This document shows, one piece after another, positions 1-8,308 of a stretch of 40,344 nucleotides of DNA; positions within the stretch are counted from its first letter, which is position 1; the number at the start of each line of letters is the position of its first letter. The notes beneath the pieces are model-generated. The model was not told the DNA's origin, did not search any database, and saw only the letters and a list, made by a program, of their open reading frames with translations. Location: IMG/VR virus record IMGVR_UViG_3300026534_000120, positions 1 to 40,344 of that record, one strand, 5' to 3'. Position numbers and translations under genes: made by a program. Source of the DNA: a virus (taxonomy: Duplodnaviria; Caudoviricetes).

Positions 1-711
1 GTAGTAGCCGTCGAGGCGCACGTGGCAACGCATGAACAGGCTGTAGATGTCTTCATGCAGTTCGCGCACGCTGGGGCGGTAGTCGTCAGAACGGTATTCC
101 TCCTCGAGCGCAGCCAGCACGGCTTCGGAGGCCTTGGCGGTGAGCAGGTGCTTGCCGTGGGCGGCGGTGAGCTCGCCGCGGCGCACGAGGTCTTGGGCCC
201 AGTCGGGCAATTCGGCCAGGCGCATGAGGTTCGAGATCTGCGGGCGCGACATTCGGATGCCGTGCCCGGCCAGCGCCTCCTCGACTTCGGCCAGGCTGCG
301 CTTGCCGTGCTGTTCGCGCATCCGGCGCAGTACCTTCGCCCATTCCATGGGATTGAGGTCGCGGCGCAGGTGGTTCTCCTTCACCTGGTTCAGCAAACGG
401 GCGAGCGGGTCGCTTTCGTCGTCTTCGCTGAGCAGGGCGGGGATGGTTTCCTTGCCGGCGACGACGCAGGCGCGGCAGCGGTTCTCGCCGTACTTGATGA
501 TGTAGCGGCCCGGTTTTTTCGGGTTGGGCCGCACGGTGACGGGCTGCAGCACGCCGTGCGCGGCGATGTCCTCGGCCAGCTCGGCGATGAAGGCCTCGTC
601 GAAATCCTTGCGCGGCTGGTCCGGGTCCACGTCGATGAGCTTGAGCGGCAGCTCGGTGACGACGCCGGGTTGCAGCTCGAAGGGTTGGGGTTTTCTGGCG
701 GTGGCGGGCAT
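1..711 (-). CDS. ParB/RepB/Spo0J-family protein (3' end runs off the window)
   Basis: Not in the ORF track. Manual translation MPATARKPQPFELQPGVVTELPLKLIDVDPDQPRKDFDEAFIAELAEDIAAHGVLQPVTVRP...YIIKYGENRCRAC...ENHLRRDLNPMEWA shows ParB motifs; GGAGG RBS before the ATG at 711. Confidence 0.88.
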   Translation of the reverse strand, partial: MPATARKPQPFELQPGVVTELPLKLIDVDPDQPRKDFDEAFIAELAEDIAAHGVLQPVTVRPNPKKPGRYIIKYGENRCRACVVAGKETIPALLSEDDESDPLARLLNQVKENHLRRDLNPMEWAKVLRRMREQHGKRSLAEVEEALAGHGIRMSRPQISNLMRLAELPDWAQDLVRRGELTAAHGKHLLTAKASEAVLAALEEEYRSDDYRPSVRELHEDIYSLFMRCHVRLDGYY

Positions 712-742
712 GGCGACCTCCGGTTTTCAGGGTTTTCGTGGT

Positions 743-771
743 TTGTTTTTGTGTAGCCTGTAGGCTACAAT
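743..771 (+). promoter_or_regulatory. Toxin-antitoxin promoter (TTGTTT-17-TACAAT) overlapped by palindromic operator TGTAGCCT-GT-AGGCTACA (752-769)
   Basis: Perfect 8-bp inverted repeat over the -10 box; ATG 6 nt downstream of the -10 suggests a leaderless mRNA. Confidence 0.7.
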
Positions 772-777
772 CAGGAC

Positions 778-1086
778 ATGGGGTTCGAGATCCGCACCAC
801 GCCGGTGTTCGACAGGTGGCTCAAGAGCGTGAAGGACCAGCAAGCCGTTCGGGCCATCGCCATGCGGATTGCGCGGGCGGAAGCCGGACATCTCGGTGAT
901 GTCGAGCCGGTCGGCGATGGCGTGTGCGAAATGCGGATCTTCATCGGCAAGGGGTATCGAATCTATTTCGCCCGCCGGGGCGACGCGATATTGCTGTTGC
1001 TCAATGGCGGCATCAAGAGCAACAAGAAACAGCAGCAAGCCGATATTCAGCGAGCCCGCGAAATCCTGGCGCAAATCGAGGAGTAG
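778..1086 (+). CDS. RelE/HigB-like addiction module toxin
   Basis: FDRWLKSVKD...RIARAEAGHLGDVEPVGDGVCEMRIFIGKGYRIYF...LLLNGG is typical of addiction-module killer proteins; toxin-first order. Confidence 0.9.
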   Translation: MGFEIRTTPVFDRWLKSVKDQQAVRAIAMRIARAEAGHLGDVEPVGDGVCEMRIFIGKGYRIYFARRGDAILLLLNGGIKSNKKQQQADIQRAREILAQIEE

Positions 1087-1089
1087 GCC

Positions 1090-1365
1090 ATGAAGACGAA
1101 GCCCTTCAACCCGTTCGATTACATGGAAACGCAGGCGGAAATCGACGCCTACCTGCTCGAATGCTTCAACGACGATGATCCGCAGGTGTTCGTGAATGCT
1201 CTCGGCCACTTGGCCAGGCACTATGGCGTGAGCGAGGTGGCCGAGGCCGCCGGCCTCAATCGGGAAAGCCTGTACAAGATCATCAACGGCAAGTCCAAGC
1301 CAAGATGGGAAACGGTGCGACGGCTGATGAAAGCCATGCACGTCGATCTGACCATCGCCGCCTGA
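1090..1365 (+). CDS. Addiction module antitoxin (HTH, HigA-like)
   Basis: PFDYMET...ALGHLARHYGVSEVAEAAGLNRESLYKIINGKSKPRWETV; directly follows the toxin. Confidence 0.9.
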   Translation: MKTKPFNPFDYMETQAEIDAYLLECFNDDDPQVFVNALGHLARHYGVSEVAEAAGLNRESLYKIINGKSKPRWETVRRLMKAMHVDLTIAA

Positions 1366-1442
1366 ACGCGGCGTTTCCCGGGTAACGGTATTTCCCTCAT
1401 TCATTCCCGCTCTCCTGCGCCATGGCGCGCGATCTCCCCCGT

Positions 1443-1643
1443 TCAATTCGGGATGCGGCTGTGCAGGCGGTGCACGCAGCAGGTGCACAGCATGACGGGG
1501 CCGGTGTCGGGGCGGGTTTCGCTGCGCCAGGGTTCGAGCTGGCCGGGCCAGACGTAGCGGCCGCAGAGGTCGCATTGGTCCAGGTCGATGGCGAGCGGCG
1601 CAGAGGGGCGCCCGGGTTGGCGTTCCGTTCTCGTCGCGTTCAT
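1443..1643 (-). CDS. Small Cys-rich (CxxC...CxxC) phage protein
   Basis: CDLC and CTCC motifs; ATGA overlap with csrA; AGGAG RBS. Confidence 0.55.
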   Translation of the reverse strand: MNATRTERQPGRPSAPLAIDLDQCDLCGRYVWPGQLEPWRSETRPDTGPVMLCTCCVHRLHSRIPN

Positions 1644-1819
1644 GGCGTTTCCTCCTTGGCGCGGATGCGCTGGTAGATTTCCTCGCGGTGCACGGACACG
1701 TGGGCGGGGGCGTCGATGCCCAGGCGCACGTTGCCGTGCGGGTCGACGCCCAGGATGCGCACGCGGATGTCGTGACCGATCCGGATGTCTTCTCCAATCT
1801 TGCGTCCCAGTACGAGCAT
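1640..1819 (-). CDS. csrA: Carbon storage regulator CsrA/RsmA homolog
   Basis: [52 protein letters not shown]; AAGGAGG RBS before the ATG at 1819. Confidence 0.93.
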   Translation of the reverse strand: MLVLGRKIGEDIRIGHDIRVRILGVDPHGNVRLGIDAPAHVSVHREEIYQRIRAKEETP

Positions 1820-1874
1820 GGGTTTCCTCCTTGCGGGTGGTAGGTCGAGAGGCGTTTCCCGGGAAACGAACGCC

Positions 1875-2081
1875 TTAAATTGCGTTCTCGTCGAGTTTGT
1901 GATCTCCACACCAGTCGGTTTCAAATACCACCGGATATCCGTTCATCGTGGGAGCATGACGTCGGCAGCGGCCAATTGGCGCGGTATTTTCAGATGACTC
2001 AGATTTGGCCTTGATCACGAACCACATGCATGTGGCGCACGCCATGTTCTTGTTACGGTGTTTCCATGGATCAGGGTTCAT
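1875..2081 (-). CDS. Small Cys-rich phage protein
   Basis: CATC...GRCRRHAP...DWCGDH pattern suggests metal binding; lies within the leftward operon. Confidence 0.7.
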   Translation of the reverse strand: MNPDPWKHRNKNMACATCMWFVIKAKSESSENTAPIGRCRRHAPTMNGYPVVFETDWCGDHKLDENAI

Positions 2082-2114
2082 ATCTCTCTCCTTTTAAGCT
2101 GCGTTGAAAAAACG

Positions 2115-2399
2115 TCACCATTCGATGAGCCGGTATTTCACGCCCGCCTTGTTGAGCCCCTGGTCCCGCTGTTCCGTGGAGGACTGGTGGGACAGGTACA
2201 AGGTGAGGCGGCCGGCGCGATAACCGGCTTCGATGGTGCCGATGGGGTTGTTCCAGCGCTGGATGCGGCCATCGGCGCGCTGCAGGCGGATGTCGTCGCT
2301 CGGCAGGTGCAGGCCGATGCCGATGTCCACGTAGAACAGGCCGGCGAGGAGGATGGCGCTCATGGCGCCGGCTTTGCGGTTACGCGACGGAACGGGCAT
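2115..2399 (-). CDS. Small putative outer-membrane beta-strand protein (start 2399 or 2363)
   Basis: Hydrophobic N-terminus, amphipathic strands (IEAGYR, LTLYLSHQSS, GVKYRL), aromatic C-terminus. Confidence 0.5.
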   Translation of the reverse strand: MPVPSRNRKAGAMSAILLAGLFYVDIGIGLHLPSDDIRLQRADGRIQRWNNPIGTIEAGYRAGRLTLYLSHQSSTEQRDQGLNKAGVKYRLIEW

Positions 2400-2682
2400 G
2401 GTTCTTCTCCAGTTTGTCCAGGTAATCGAAAATGCCCTGGTTGGCGCGAAACAGCCACAGGTCGCGCAGGGCGCGCGCATCGTCCAATACAGGCCACCAG
2501 GCCGGGTTGGTGTCTGCGGCAAGGCGCATGGCTTCGCACCAGCCGGCCAGCCAGCCGGAAAAGGTGTCGTCGCGCGTCTGGCGGCGCAGCATGTTGCCGT
2601 TGGCCTCGTATTCGTCCACCAGAGCGCAGTTGTTGCGCCACTCCTGGTACAGCACGCTCCTGGCATGGTCGTAGATGTTCAT
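2380..2682 (-). CDS. Hypothetical phage protein
   Basis: AGGAGG RBS, codon bias, operon packing. Confidence 0.7.
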   Translation of the reverse strand: MNIYDHARSVLYQEWRNNCALVDEYEANGNMLRRQTRDDTFSGWLAGWCEAMRLAADTNPAWWPVLDDARALRDLWLFRANQGIFDYLDKLEKNHARSVA

Positions 2683-2870
2683 GGTTTCCTCCTTTTCCTT
2701 GCGAGGGTTCGAAAACGCCGGCGCAGGTGAAACTCCACGCCGCGGCCCAAGCCGGCGCCGGCATGGCAGCGGCGCAGAAAGGTGCGGTGGCGCTGCGGGC
2801 GCGGGAGCCTGTGCCGCGCATCCCGCCGCCAGAGCCGCCTGGCCGCGAGCCGGATGCGCAGGTCACTCAT
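2679..2870 (-). CDS. Hypothetical basic protein
   Basis: Overlaps both neighbours at start and stop in the leftward operon. Confidence 0.45.
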   Translation of the reverse strand: MSDLRIRLAARRLWRRDARHRLPRPQRHRTFLRRCHAGAGLGRGVEFHLRRRFRTLARKRRKP

Positions 2871-2976
2871 CGTCTTCCTCCAGCCGGTTGATGCCGCTCA
2901 TGGTGGCGAGCACGGCGAGCAGGCCCAGCACGAACAGGCCGCCGACGGCGAGCAGGAGCAGGACGAGCGTGGCCAT
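2863..2976 (-). CDS. 37-aa single-TM peptide
   Basis: Manual translation MATLVLLLLAVGGLFVLGLLAVLATMSGINRLEEDDE. Confidence 0.5.
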   Translation of the reverse strand: MATLVLLLLAVGGLFVLGLLAVLATMSGINRLEEDDE

Positions 2977-2985
2977 GTCCACGGC

Positions 2986-3150
2986 TCAGGCCCTCGCTAG
3001 CTCGAGCGGGAAGCGCAGGGTGCGGCCTACGGCCCGGGCCTGCAGGTACATGTCGCGCCGGCAGAGCCAGCGGCCGTAGCGGGCGGCGTTGCGGCGGGTC
3101 TGGATATCAGGCTGGTGTTGGCGGATCACGAATGACTGAAGTGGGTTCAT
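2986..3150 (-). CDS. First gene of the pL operon, 54-aa hypothetical protein
   Basis: AGGAGG RBS just downstream of pL; manual translation MNPLQSFVIRQHQPDIQTRRNAARYGRW... Confidence 0.55.
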   Translation of the reverse strand: MNPLQSFVIRQHQPDIQTRRNAARYGRWLCRRDMYLQARAVGRTLRFPLELARA

Positions 3151-3178
3151 GGCGGTTCCTCCTGATGACTATGGGAGA

Positions 3179-3221
3179 AACATAGCAACCGAAAGTTGCT
3201 ATGTCAACAACCGTGGGTTGT
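3179..3221 (-). promoter_or_regulatory. pL promoter (TTGACA-17-TATGTT) with operators GCAACCGAAAGTTGC (3185-3199) and ACAACCGTGGGTTGT (3207-3221)
   Basis: Consensus -35 on the minus strand at 3202-3207; the first operator is the exact reverse complement of the one in pR. Confidence 0.85.
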
Positions 3222-3482
3222 GTTTTTATGTGCAATAAGGCATATATGTGCTTTTGGTGGGCTGGAGGGGGAGGGCTGTGGGGGTGGTGTGGGAAGCGGA
3301 TATACTGATAGAGATAGAGTTTTTGTTGCGTTATTCGGATATACTCGCAGCACTCAATAAAGTAATACTCTTATTCTGGTTTTTGTCTGAACAGTTTCGC
3401 CACAACAACAAAAAAGTGGATGACGTTTCGTGAGTATCGAACGAAGACGGCTCATGAACGGACGATGCGACCGAAAAACGAC

Positions 3483-4541
3483 ATGAAGAAAATCGCTTGC
3501 GTCGATCTCTATTGCGGCGTAGGCGGACTTTCCTATGGCCTGAAGAAGGCCGGGGTGAACGTCGTTGCCGGAATCGACGTGGACGAGAGCTGCAAGTGGG
3601 GATACGAGCGCAACGTCGAGGCGCGTTTCGTGCGGGCCGACGTCGCCGATCTGAGCGGAGACGATCTGTGCGAGCTCTTCCCTCCGGCCGAACATCGTCT
3701 GCTCGCCGGATGTGCGCCGTGCCAGCCGTTTTCCACTTACGGCAGAACGCGGCAGGGTTCCGACGACAGGTGGTCGTTGTTGCGCGAGTTCTCGCGCCTG
3801 GTCGAAGAGACGAAGCCGGAGTTCGTGACCATGGAGAACGTGGAAGGACTCGCCTCTCATCGCGTGTTCGGCGAATTCCTGGAAACGTTGGAAGAATGTG
3901 GTTATGCCGTCGCTCATGGTGTGCTGGCGTGCGAACGGTTCGGCGTTCCGCAGCGGCGGCGGCGTCTGGTGCTCGTGGCGTCACGCATCGGCGACGCCGT
4001 CCTTCCAGAACCTGATGGCGGGTCGCCGCGGACGGTAAGGGATACGATCGAACGATTGCCGCCAATCGCCGCAGGCGGCGGGCCTTGCGATAGCGACCGT
4101 TTTCACGTCGCCGCCGGTCTTTCCGAGCTGAATCTGCGTCGCATCCGCAATTCCGTCGAGGGTGGTTCATGGCGGGATTGGCCGAAAGAGCTTCGGGCTC
4201 CGTGCCACCGGCGCGAAACCGGCGCCACGTATCCGTCCGTGTACGGCAGGATGCGCTGGGACGAGCCTGCGCCGACCATCACCACCCAGTGTTATGCCTA
4301 CGGCAGCGGTCGTTTCGGACATCCTGAGCAGGATCGCGCCATCTCGCTGCGCGAGGCGGCCATGCTCCAGTCGTTCCCGTCGAACTGGGAGTTCGTGCCG
4401 CCGGGAGAGGAGATCCATTTCGCCACCATCGGCCGCGCCATCGGCAACGCCGTGCCGCCGAAGCTCGCCGAGGCCGTCGGCCGCACGATCATCACGCTTT
4501 CGGAAGCTGGAAGATCGCCGCGAGCCGATGCCGTAGCGTGA
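3483..4541 (+). CDS. DNA (cytosine-5)-methyltransferase (start may be 3465)
   Basis: Motif I DLYCGVGG, motif IV APCQPFS, motif VI ENV, motif VIII QRRRR, motif IX/X REAAMLQSFP...IGNAVPP. Confidence 0.95.
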   Translation: MKKIACVDLYCGVGGLSYGLKKAGVNVVAGIDVDESCKWGYERNVEARFVRADVADLSGDDLCELFPPAEHRLLAGCAPCQPFSTYGRTRQGSDDRWSLLREFSRLVEETKPEFVTMENVEGLASHRVFGEFLETLEECGYAVAHGVLACERFGVPQRRRRLVLVASRIGDAVLPEPDGGSPRTVRDTIERLPPIAAGGGPCDSDRFHVAAGLSELNLRRIRNSVEGGSWRDWPKELRAPCHRRETGATYPSVYGRMRWDEPAPTITTQCYAYGSGRFGHPEQDRAISLREAAMLQSFPSNWEFVPPGEEIHFATIGRAIGNAVPPKLAEAVGRTIITLSEAGRSPRADAVA

Positions 4542-4905
4542 GCAAATCCCGGGTTTCGCATTCCCAGATCGTTTCCACCCGCCATCCGGCGTCGCGCAGC
4601 GCCTGCGCCACGCGCGCATCGCGCGCGACGTTTTCCTCGAACTTCGGTATCCAGTAGTCTCGCCGCGTCTTCGGCGTCGTGGCTTTGCCGCAGCCGGGAT
4701 GCCGATGCCAGAAACAGCCGTGAACGAAGAGGCAGACGCGGTGTTTCGGAAACACCAGGTCCGGCGTGCCGGGCAGATCCTTGCGGTGCAGGCGGAAGCG
4801 GAGTCCGAGGGCGTGCGCGGCCTTGCGCACGGCGATTTCAGGCGCAGTGCCTTCGCGGCGGACGGCGCGCATGATTTCGCTGCGGGTCTTCTTTTGACTG
4901 ATCAA
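4492..4905 (-). CDS. vsr: Very short patch repair endonuclease
   Basis: RSEIMRAVR..GTAPE, LPGTPDLVF, FVHGCFWHRH, W..K...NVARD, GWRVETIWECE. Confidence 0.95.
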   Translation of the reverse strand: MISQKKTRSEIMRAVRREGTAPEIAVRKAAHALGLRFRLHRKDLPGTPDLVFPKHRVCLFVHGCFWHRHPGCGKATTPKTRRDYWIPKFEENVARDARVAQALRDAGWRVETIWECETRDLLTLRHRLAAIFQLPKA

Positions 4906-6833
4906 GAGAGAACGTCGTCGATGAAGTCGATTTCCTTCGTGCGTTCCAAGTATTCGGAATAGGCCTGCTTCGCCTTGACGATCAATTCGTCGTAGGTAAA
5001 GACCTTCGAACCGGGCATGATCGATGCGATCGGGGTTTCCACATCACGGGTTCGCTCTCCAAGAACGATGATCACCTCGAATCGTTCGTGCGGGAACTTT
5101 CTTTCGAGCGCCACCTTGTATTTTTCCACCTGGTCGAGAAGCGTTCCGGTCGTGGGTCTGACGCTGGCGCGTTTCAGTTCCACGATGAGGTGCTTTCCGG
5201 AGACCGCTTTGTAACGAATGTCGATGCGGCCGTATTCGTCGTTCGTGCCTTCATCTCCGGAGAATTCCGGTAGCAGCCGGATGCGCTCTTCCATGCTCGT
5301 GTCGTCCGTGGCGCGATCCCATGAAGGGTCGAGCAACCACAGATGGTCGAACAGATATTTCTGCAGCGCCCTTTCCTTCTGATTCTCGTCGACCAGACTG
5401 GCGAATTCCGTCACCGCTTCCAGGCGGTTTCGGGCGATGTCGCGGTACATGGACGCCTCGAGGGCGTCTCGATCCGCGAGCAACTTGAGAAGGGCGTCAA
5501 CGCCTTCGGCGAGTGCCTGCTCGAGCGATTCCGCGTCGCCGCGCATGCGCAGCCGCTCGAAACCGTAAATTGCGTGGCGAACGAGGTCCTTGCGCGCCTC
5601 GGCCGGTTCCGTTTCTTCGGGCAGAGGCATGGCCGCGATACGGCCGAGAAGCGTTTCAGCCTTTCTTCGCCAGCCGGAGTCGAGTCGGCCTAGCCAGTCG
5701 TCGATTCGCGGATATTGCTCACGCAGTTCGTCGGCCTTGTCGGAAACGCGCAATTCGCTCCAACGGTTCGCGATCTCGCGCAAACGAGATGACAGGAACG
5801 AGACGAGTTCGTTCACTCGCGGATCATCCTCACGAAGTCGTTGTCGGTCGCTGGTCACGATGTCGTCGCCGGTGCTGTCGTCCAGCCAATCGGCTTCGAT
5901 CTGGCCGGTGACGTAGCTTGCGAAGATGCCGGCGTCATGCAATTTCGGCAGGATGTCTTCCTGTACGAGCCGGCCGCGGCTCATGACCACGATGGAATTG
6001 AGATTCCCTTCCGGCGTGGAGAGTTGTTTGGGTCTGTCCACGGTACCGATCCAACCACGCACGACACGCTCTTGCGGCCATCCCGGGGCACGGGCATGCA
6101 TATCGAACCGTTTCAACAGATTGGGTGGTTCGTCCACATCGCTGCCTTCCATCACCCAGAGGTACTGAACGAATTTCAGGTCTTCGCGATCGGCAGATCT
6201 GACCTCGGTACCGTTGACGAAGACCCTGAACTCATTTCCTCCGATCACCGAGAATCGACGCGCCAGCCTGCGACGCAGCGATTCCGGGCGCGCGTCTCGC
6301 AACCTGGGCTTGAGCCGTGAAAGGCGAATCAGGGTACCGCTATCGGCCAGTTCCGAATCGTGTTCCGGCGTCACGGCAGGCGGCTCGTAACGGTTGGACG
6401 TTCCATCTTCCATTCGATCACGTAGCTCCGGCACGTCGATGACGAGCGCGGCGACGTCGCCACCTTCGCGCCGCGTCTCCAGGCGGATTTCGTCGGCGAT
6501 GGAGAAGAGAGACAGTTTGCCGATGCCCTTGCGGCCCATGACCGGGCGGCGGAGTCTTTCCGAAACGTCACCGACGGTTCGACGGCGGTAGCCGACGCGA
6601 AGGTACCTGTCGTTCACCTCGGCCGGCGTCATTCCGATGCCGTCGTCGCGGATGACGATGACGTCGTTCGCGATATCGAGGTCGAGGTGCACGTTGCGTG
6701 CGTCGGCGTCCCAGGCGTTCGCGACGGCCTCGGTAAGCACGGCGGCCACGCTGCTGTACAGACCGTCGGCAAGATGGTCGAGTACGGTGAGGTCGATCGT
6801 CAGGCTGTAGGTCGGGGCGTTTTCCGGCGGCAT
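4902..6833 (-). CDS. GHKL (MutL/MORC-like) ATPase fused to a C-terminal PD-(D/E)xK nuclease; putative restriction component
   Basis: EAVANAWDADA, DDGIGM, GRKGIGKLS and GT motifs; C-terminal GRIDIRY...IVELKR. Confidence 0.85.
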   Translation of the reverse strand: MPPENAPTYSLTIDLTVLDHLADGLYSSVAAVLTEAVANAWDADARNVHLDLDIANDVIVIRDDGIGMTPAEVNDRYLRVGYRRRTVGDVSERLRRPVMGRKGIGKLSLFSIADEIRLETRREGGDVAALVIDVPELRDRMEDGTSNRYEPPAVTPEHDSELADSGTLIRLSRLKPRLRDARPESLRRRLARRFSVIGGNEFRVFVNGTEVRSADREDLKFVQYLWVMEGSDVDEPPNLLKRFDMHARAPGWPQERVVRGWIGTVDRPKQLSTPEGNLNSIVVMSRGRLVQEDILPKLHDAGIFASYVTGQIEADWLDDSTGDDIVTSDRQRLREDDPRVNELVSFLSSRLREIANRWSELRVSDKADELREQYPRIDDWLGRLDSGWRRKAETLLGRIAAMPLPEETEPAEARKDLVRHAIYGFERLRMRGDAESLEQALAEGVDALLKLLADRDALEASMYRDIARNRLEAVTEFASLVDENQKERALQKYLFDHLWLLDPSWDRATDDTSMEERIRLLPEFSGDEGTNDEYGRIDIRYKAVSGKHLIVELKRASVRPTTGTLLDQVEKYKVALERKFPHERFEVIIVLGERTRDVETPIASIMPGSKVFTYDELIVKAKQAYSEYLERTKEIDFIDDVLS

Positions 6834-6842
6834 GCGTGATTC

Positions 6843-7271
6843 TCAAAACGGTTCGTTGCGCGGTGCGCCGCAGTCGTCGGTGGTGCAGATGCGCCAGTCG
6901 GGGAAGCCGGAGCGGACTTCGGGGTAGGGTGGGGGAAGGTCGCGGATGGGGGCGGCGGCGGTGTGGTAGTCGGCCAGGCGTTTTTCGAGGGTGGCGGTGT
7001 ACCGGCGCAGGTCCTGGAGCTGGGCCGCCTGGCGCTCGAGGGCGGCGACGCTGACGGCGAAGGCGAGGGCCGAGCCGAAGCCGATCAGCAGGAGCGAGGA
7101 GGCGCTGACGAGGAGGGGGCGGCGCAGGTTGGCGAGGATGCGGTCGGCGCGTTTCCCGGGGAACGGTTGGGATGACGGTGGTGCTTCATCCGCTTCGGAT
7201 ACAATGTTGGCAATTTGTTCGACGAGGTTTTGCTGCTCTTTACGCAGCGCGTCGTTTTTTCTTGAGGGCAT
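6843..7271 (-). CDS. Single-TM membrane protein downstream of cI
   Basis: Hydrophobic stretch LLVSASSLLLIGFGSALAFAVSVAAL followed by a coiled coil. Confidence 0.6.
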   Translation of the reverse strand: MPSRKNDALRKEQQNLVEQIANIVSEADEAPPSSQPFPGKRADRILANLRRPLLVSASSLLLIGFGSALAFAVSVAALERQAAQLQDLRRYTATLEKRLADYHTAAAPIRDLPPPYPEVRSGFPDWRICTTDDCGAPRNEPF

Positions 7272-7824
7272 GCTCCTTCACCTTCTCTATAGATATCAGG
7301 TTGTCGAAGTCGCCAAAATACGGTTCGTGTCGCTTGATTTCATCTTCGTCCATCTCCGACATCAGCTCTAGCTCGATCATCAAATAGCGGTAGATCAGAC
7401 TTTCTAGTTTGGCGCGCTGGCGTGCGATGAATCGTTTACCTGTCCGCTCCTGGAGTTCGTCTACAGCCTCAATGGCCATGGCGAGGATGTCAACTTCATT
7501 TTCTGCGCCAAAATCTAAAGCAGGAAAAGCAGGAGTTTGCTGCTCAGTAACATGATTTTGTCGTGTTATAGGTGACTCTTGCATTGGCCCGATTCCGGTT
7601 AACAGCCACTCGCCACGCACACCTAGTTTCTTGGCTATTTCTGGAATTCTTTTTGTATCTGGTATAGAAAAGCCATCAAGCCACTTTCTGGCTGACTCCC
7701 CTGAAACCCCAAACATTCTCGCCAATTCGGCGCGTCGCCCACGGCCTTTCACTATACCGGCAAGGTCGCATGCGGCATGAAGTCGCTTCGAGAATTCTTG
7801 TTTTTCATCAATCATGGCAACCAT
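7240..7824 (-). CDS. CI-like repressor (N-terminal HTH, no S24 peptidase domain); start 7824 or 7815
   Basis: EFSKRL...RAELARMFGVSGESARKWLDGFSIP...IAKKLGVRGEWLLTG; divergent from cro. Confidence 0.88.
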   Translation of the reverse strand: MVAMIDEKQEFSKRLHAACDLAGIVKGRGRRAELARMFGVSGESARKWLDGFSIPDTKRIPEIAKKLGVRGEWLLTGIGPMQESPITRQNHVTEQQTPAFPALDFGAENEVDILAMAIEAVDELQERTGKRFIARQRAKLESLIYRYLMIELELMSEMDEDEIKRHEPYFGDFDNLISIEKVKEHALKKKRRAA

Positions 7825-7893
7825 AAGTTGTAATTTAGATTTTTCCACCGCACTTATCAGGTGTTGACAAGCGCAACTTTCGGTTGCTAATCT
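7817..7893. promoter_or_regulatory. Right operator region: operators 7817-7831 and 7873-7887; pR TTGACA-18-TAATCT; putative pRM CTGATA-17-TAAATT on the minus strand
   Basis: CAAC-N5-GTTG palindromes; TTGACA at 7864-7869. Confidence 0.8.
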
Positions 7894-7899
7894 CATTTC

Positions 7900-8148
7900 A
7901 TGAACCAGATTCAGAGAGTGAAAGTGATCTTCGGGAGCTATTCAGCCGTCGGTGCGGCGCTTGGCGTATCTGGCGAAGCGGTTCGCAAATGGGAGCTGCA
8001 TGGCGTTCCCGCAGAGCGCGTCCTCGCCATCGAGGCCGCCACCGATTACCAGGTCAGCCGCCACGAGCTGCGCCCGGACCTCTATCCGAAGGAGTCCTGG
8101 TGCCAGTGCCCGGCTTGCCGCCGGCGGCAGGAGGACGATGCCGCATGA
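7900..8148 (+). CDS. Cro/YdaS-like repressor
   Basis: VGAALGVSGEAVRKW...VPAERVLAIEAATDYQVSRHELRPDLY. Confidence 0.9.
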   Translation: MNQIQRVKVIFGSYSAVGAALGVSGEAVRKWELHGVPAERVLAIEAATDYQVSRHELRPDLYPKESWCQCPACRRRQEDDAA

Positions 8149-8308
8149 GCCGCCGGGCCGCGATTCTCCCTCCTCCCCGAGGCCGCGATACGGCGGTTTC
8201 CGGGGCGGCTTCGCCGCCGCGGCGCGGCGGCGCCCTTTCTTCCCTGCCGCCTCGCATGGTGCCGGGCGGCGCTTTCCCCATGCAACACACGATCGCAGGA
8301 GGTGCGAG

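Noticed and set aside
22-756. 244-aa plus-strand ORF
   Set aside because: Antisense shadow of the minus-strand ParB-like gene
7825-7896. Longer cI N-terminus given by the ORF track
   Set aside because: Overlaps pR and the operators; the HTH domain begins after Met 7824/7815
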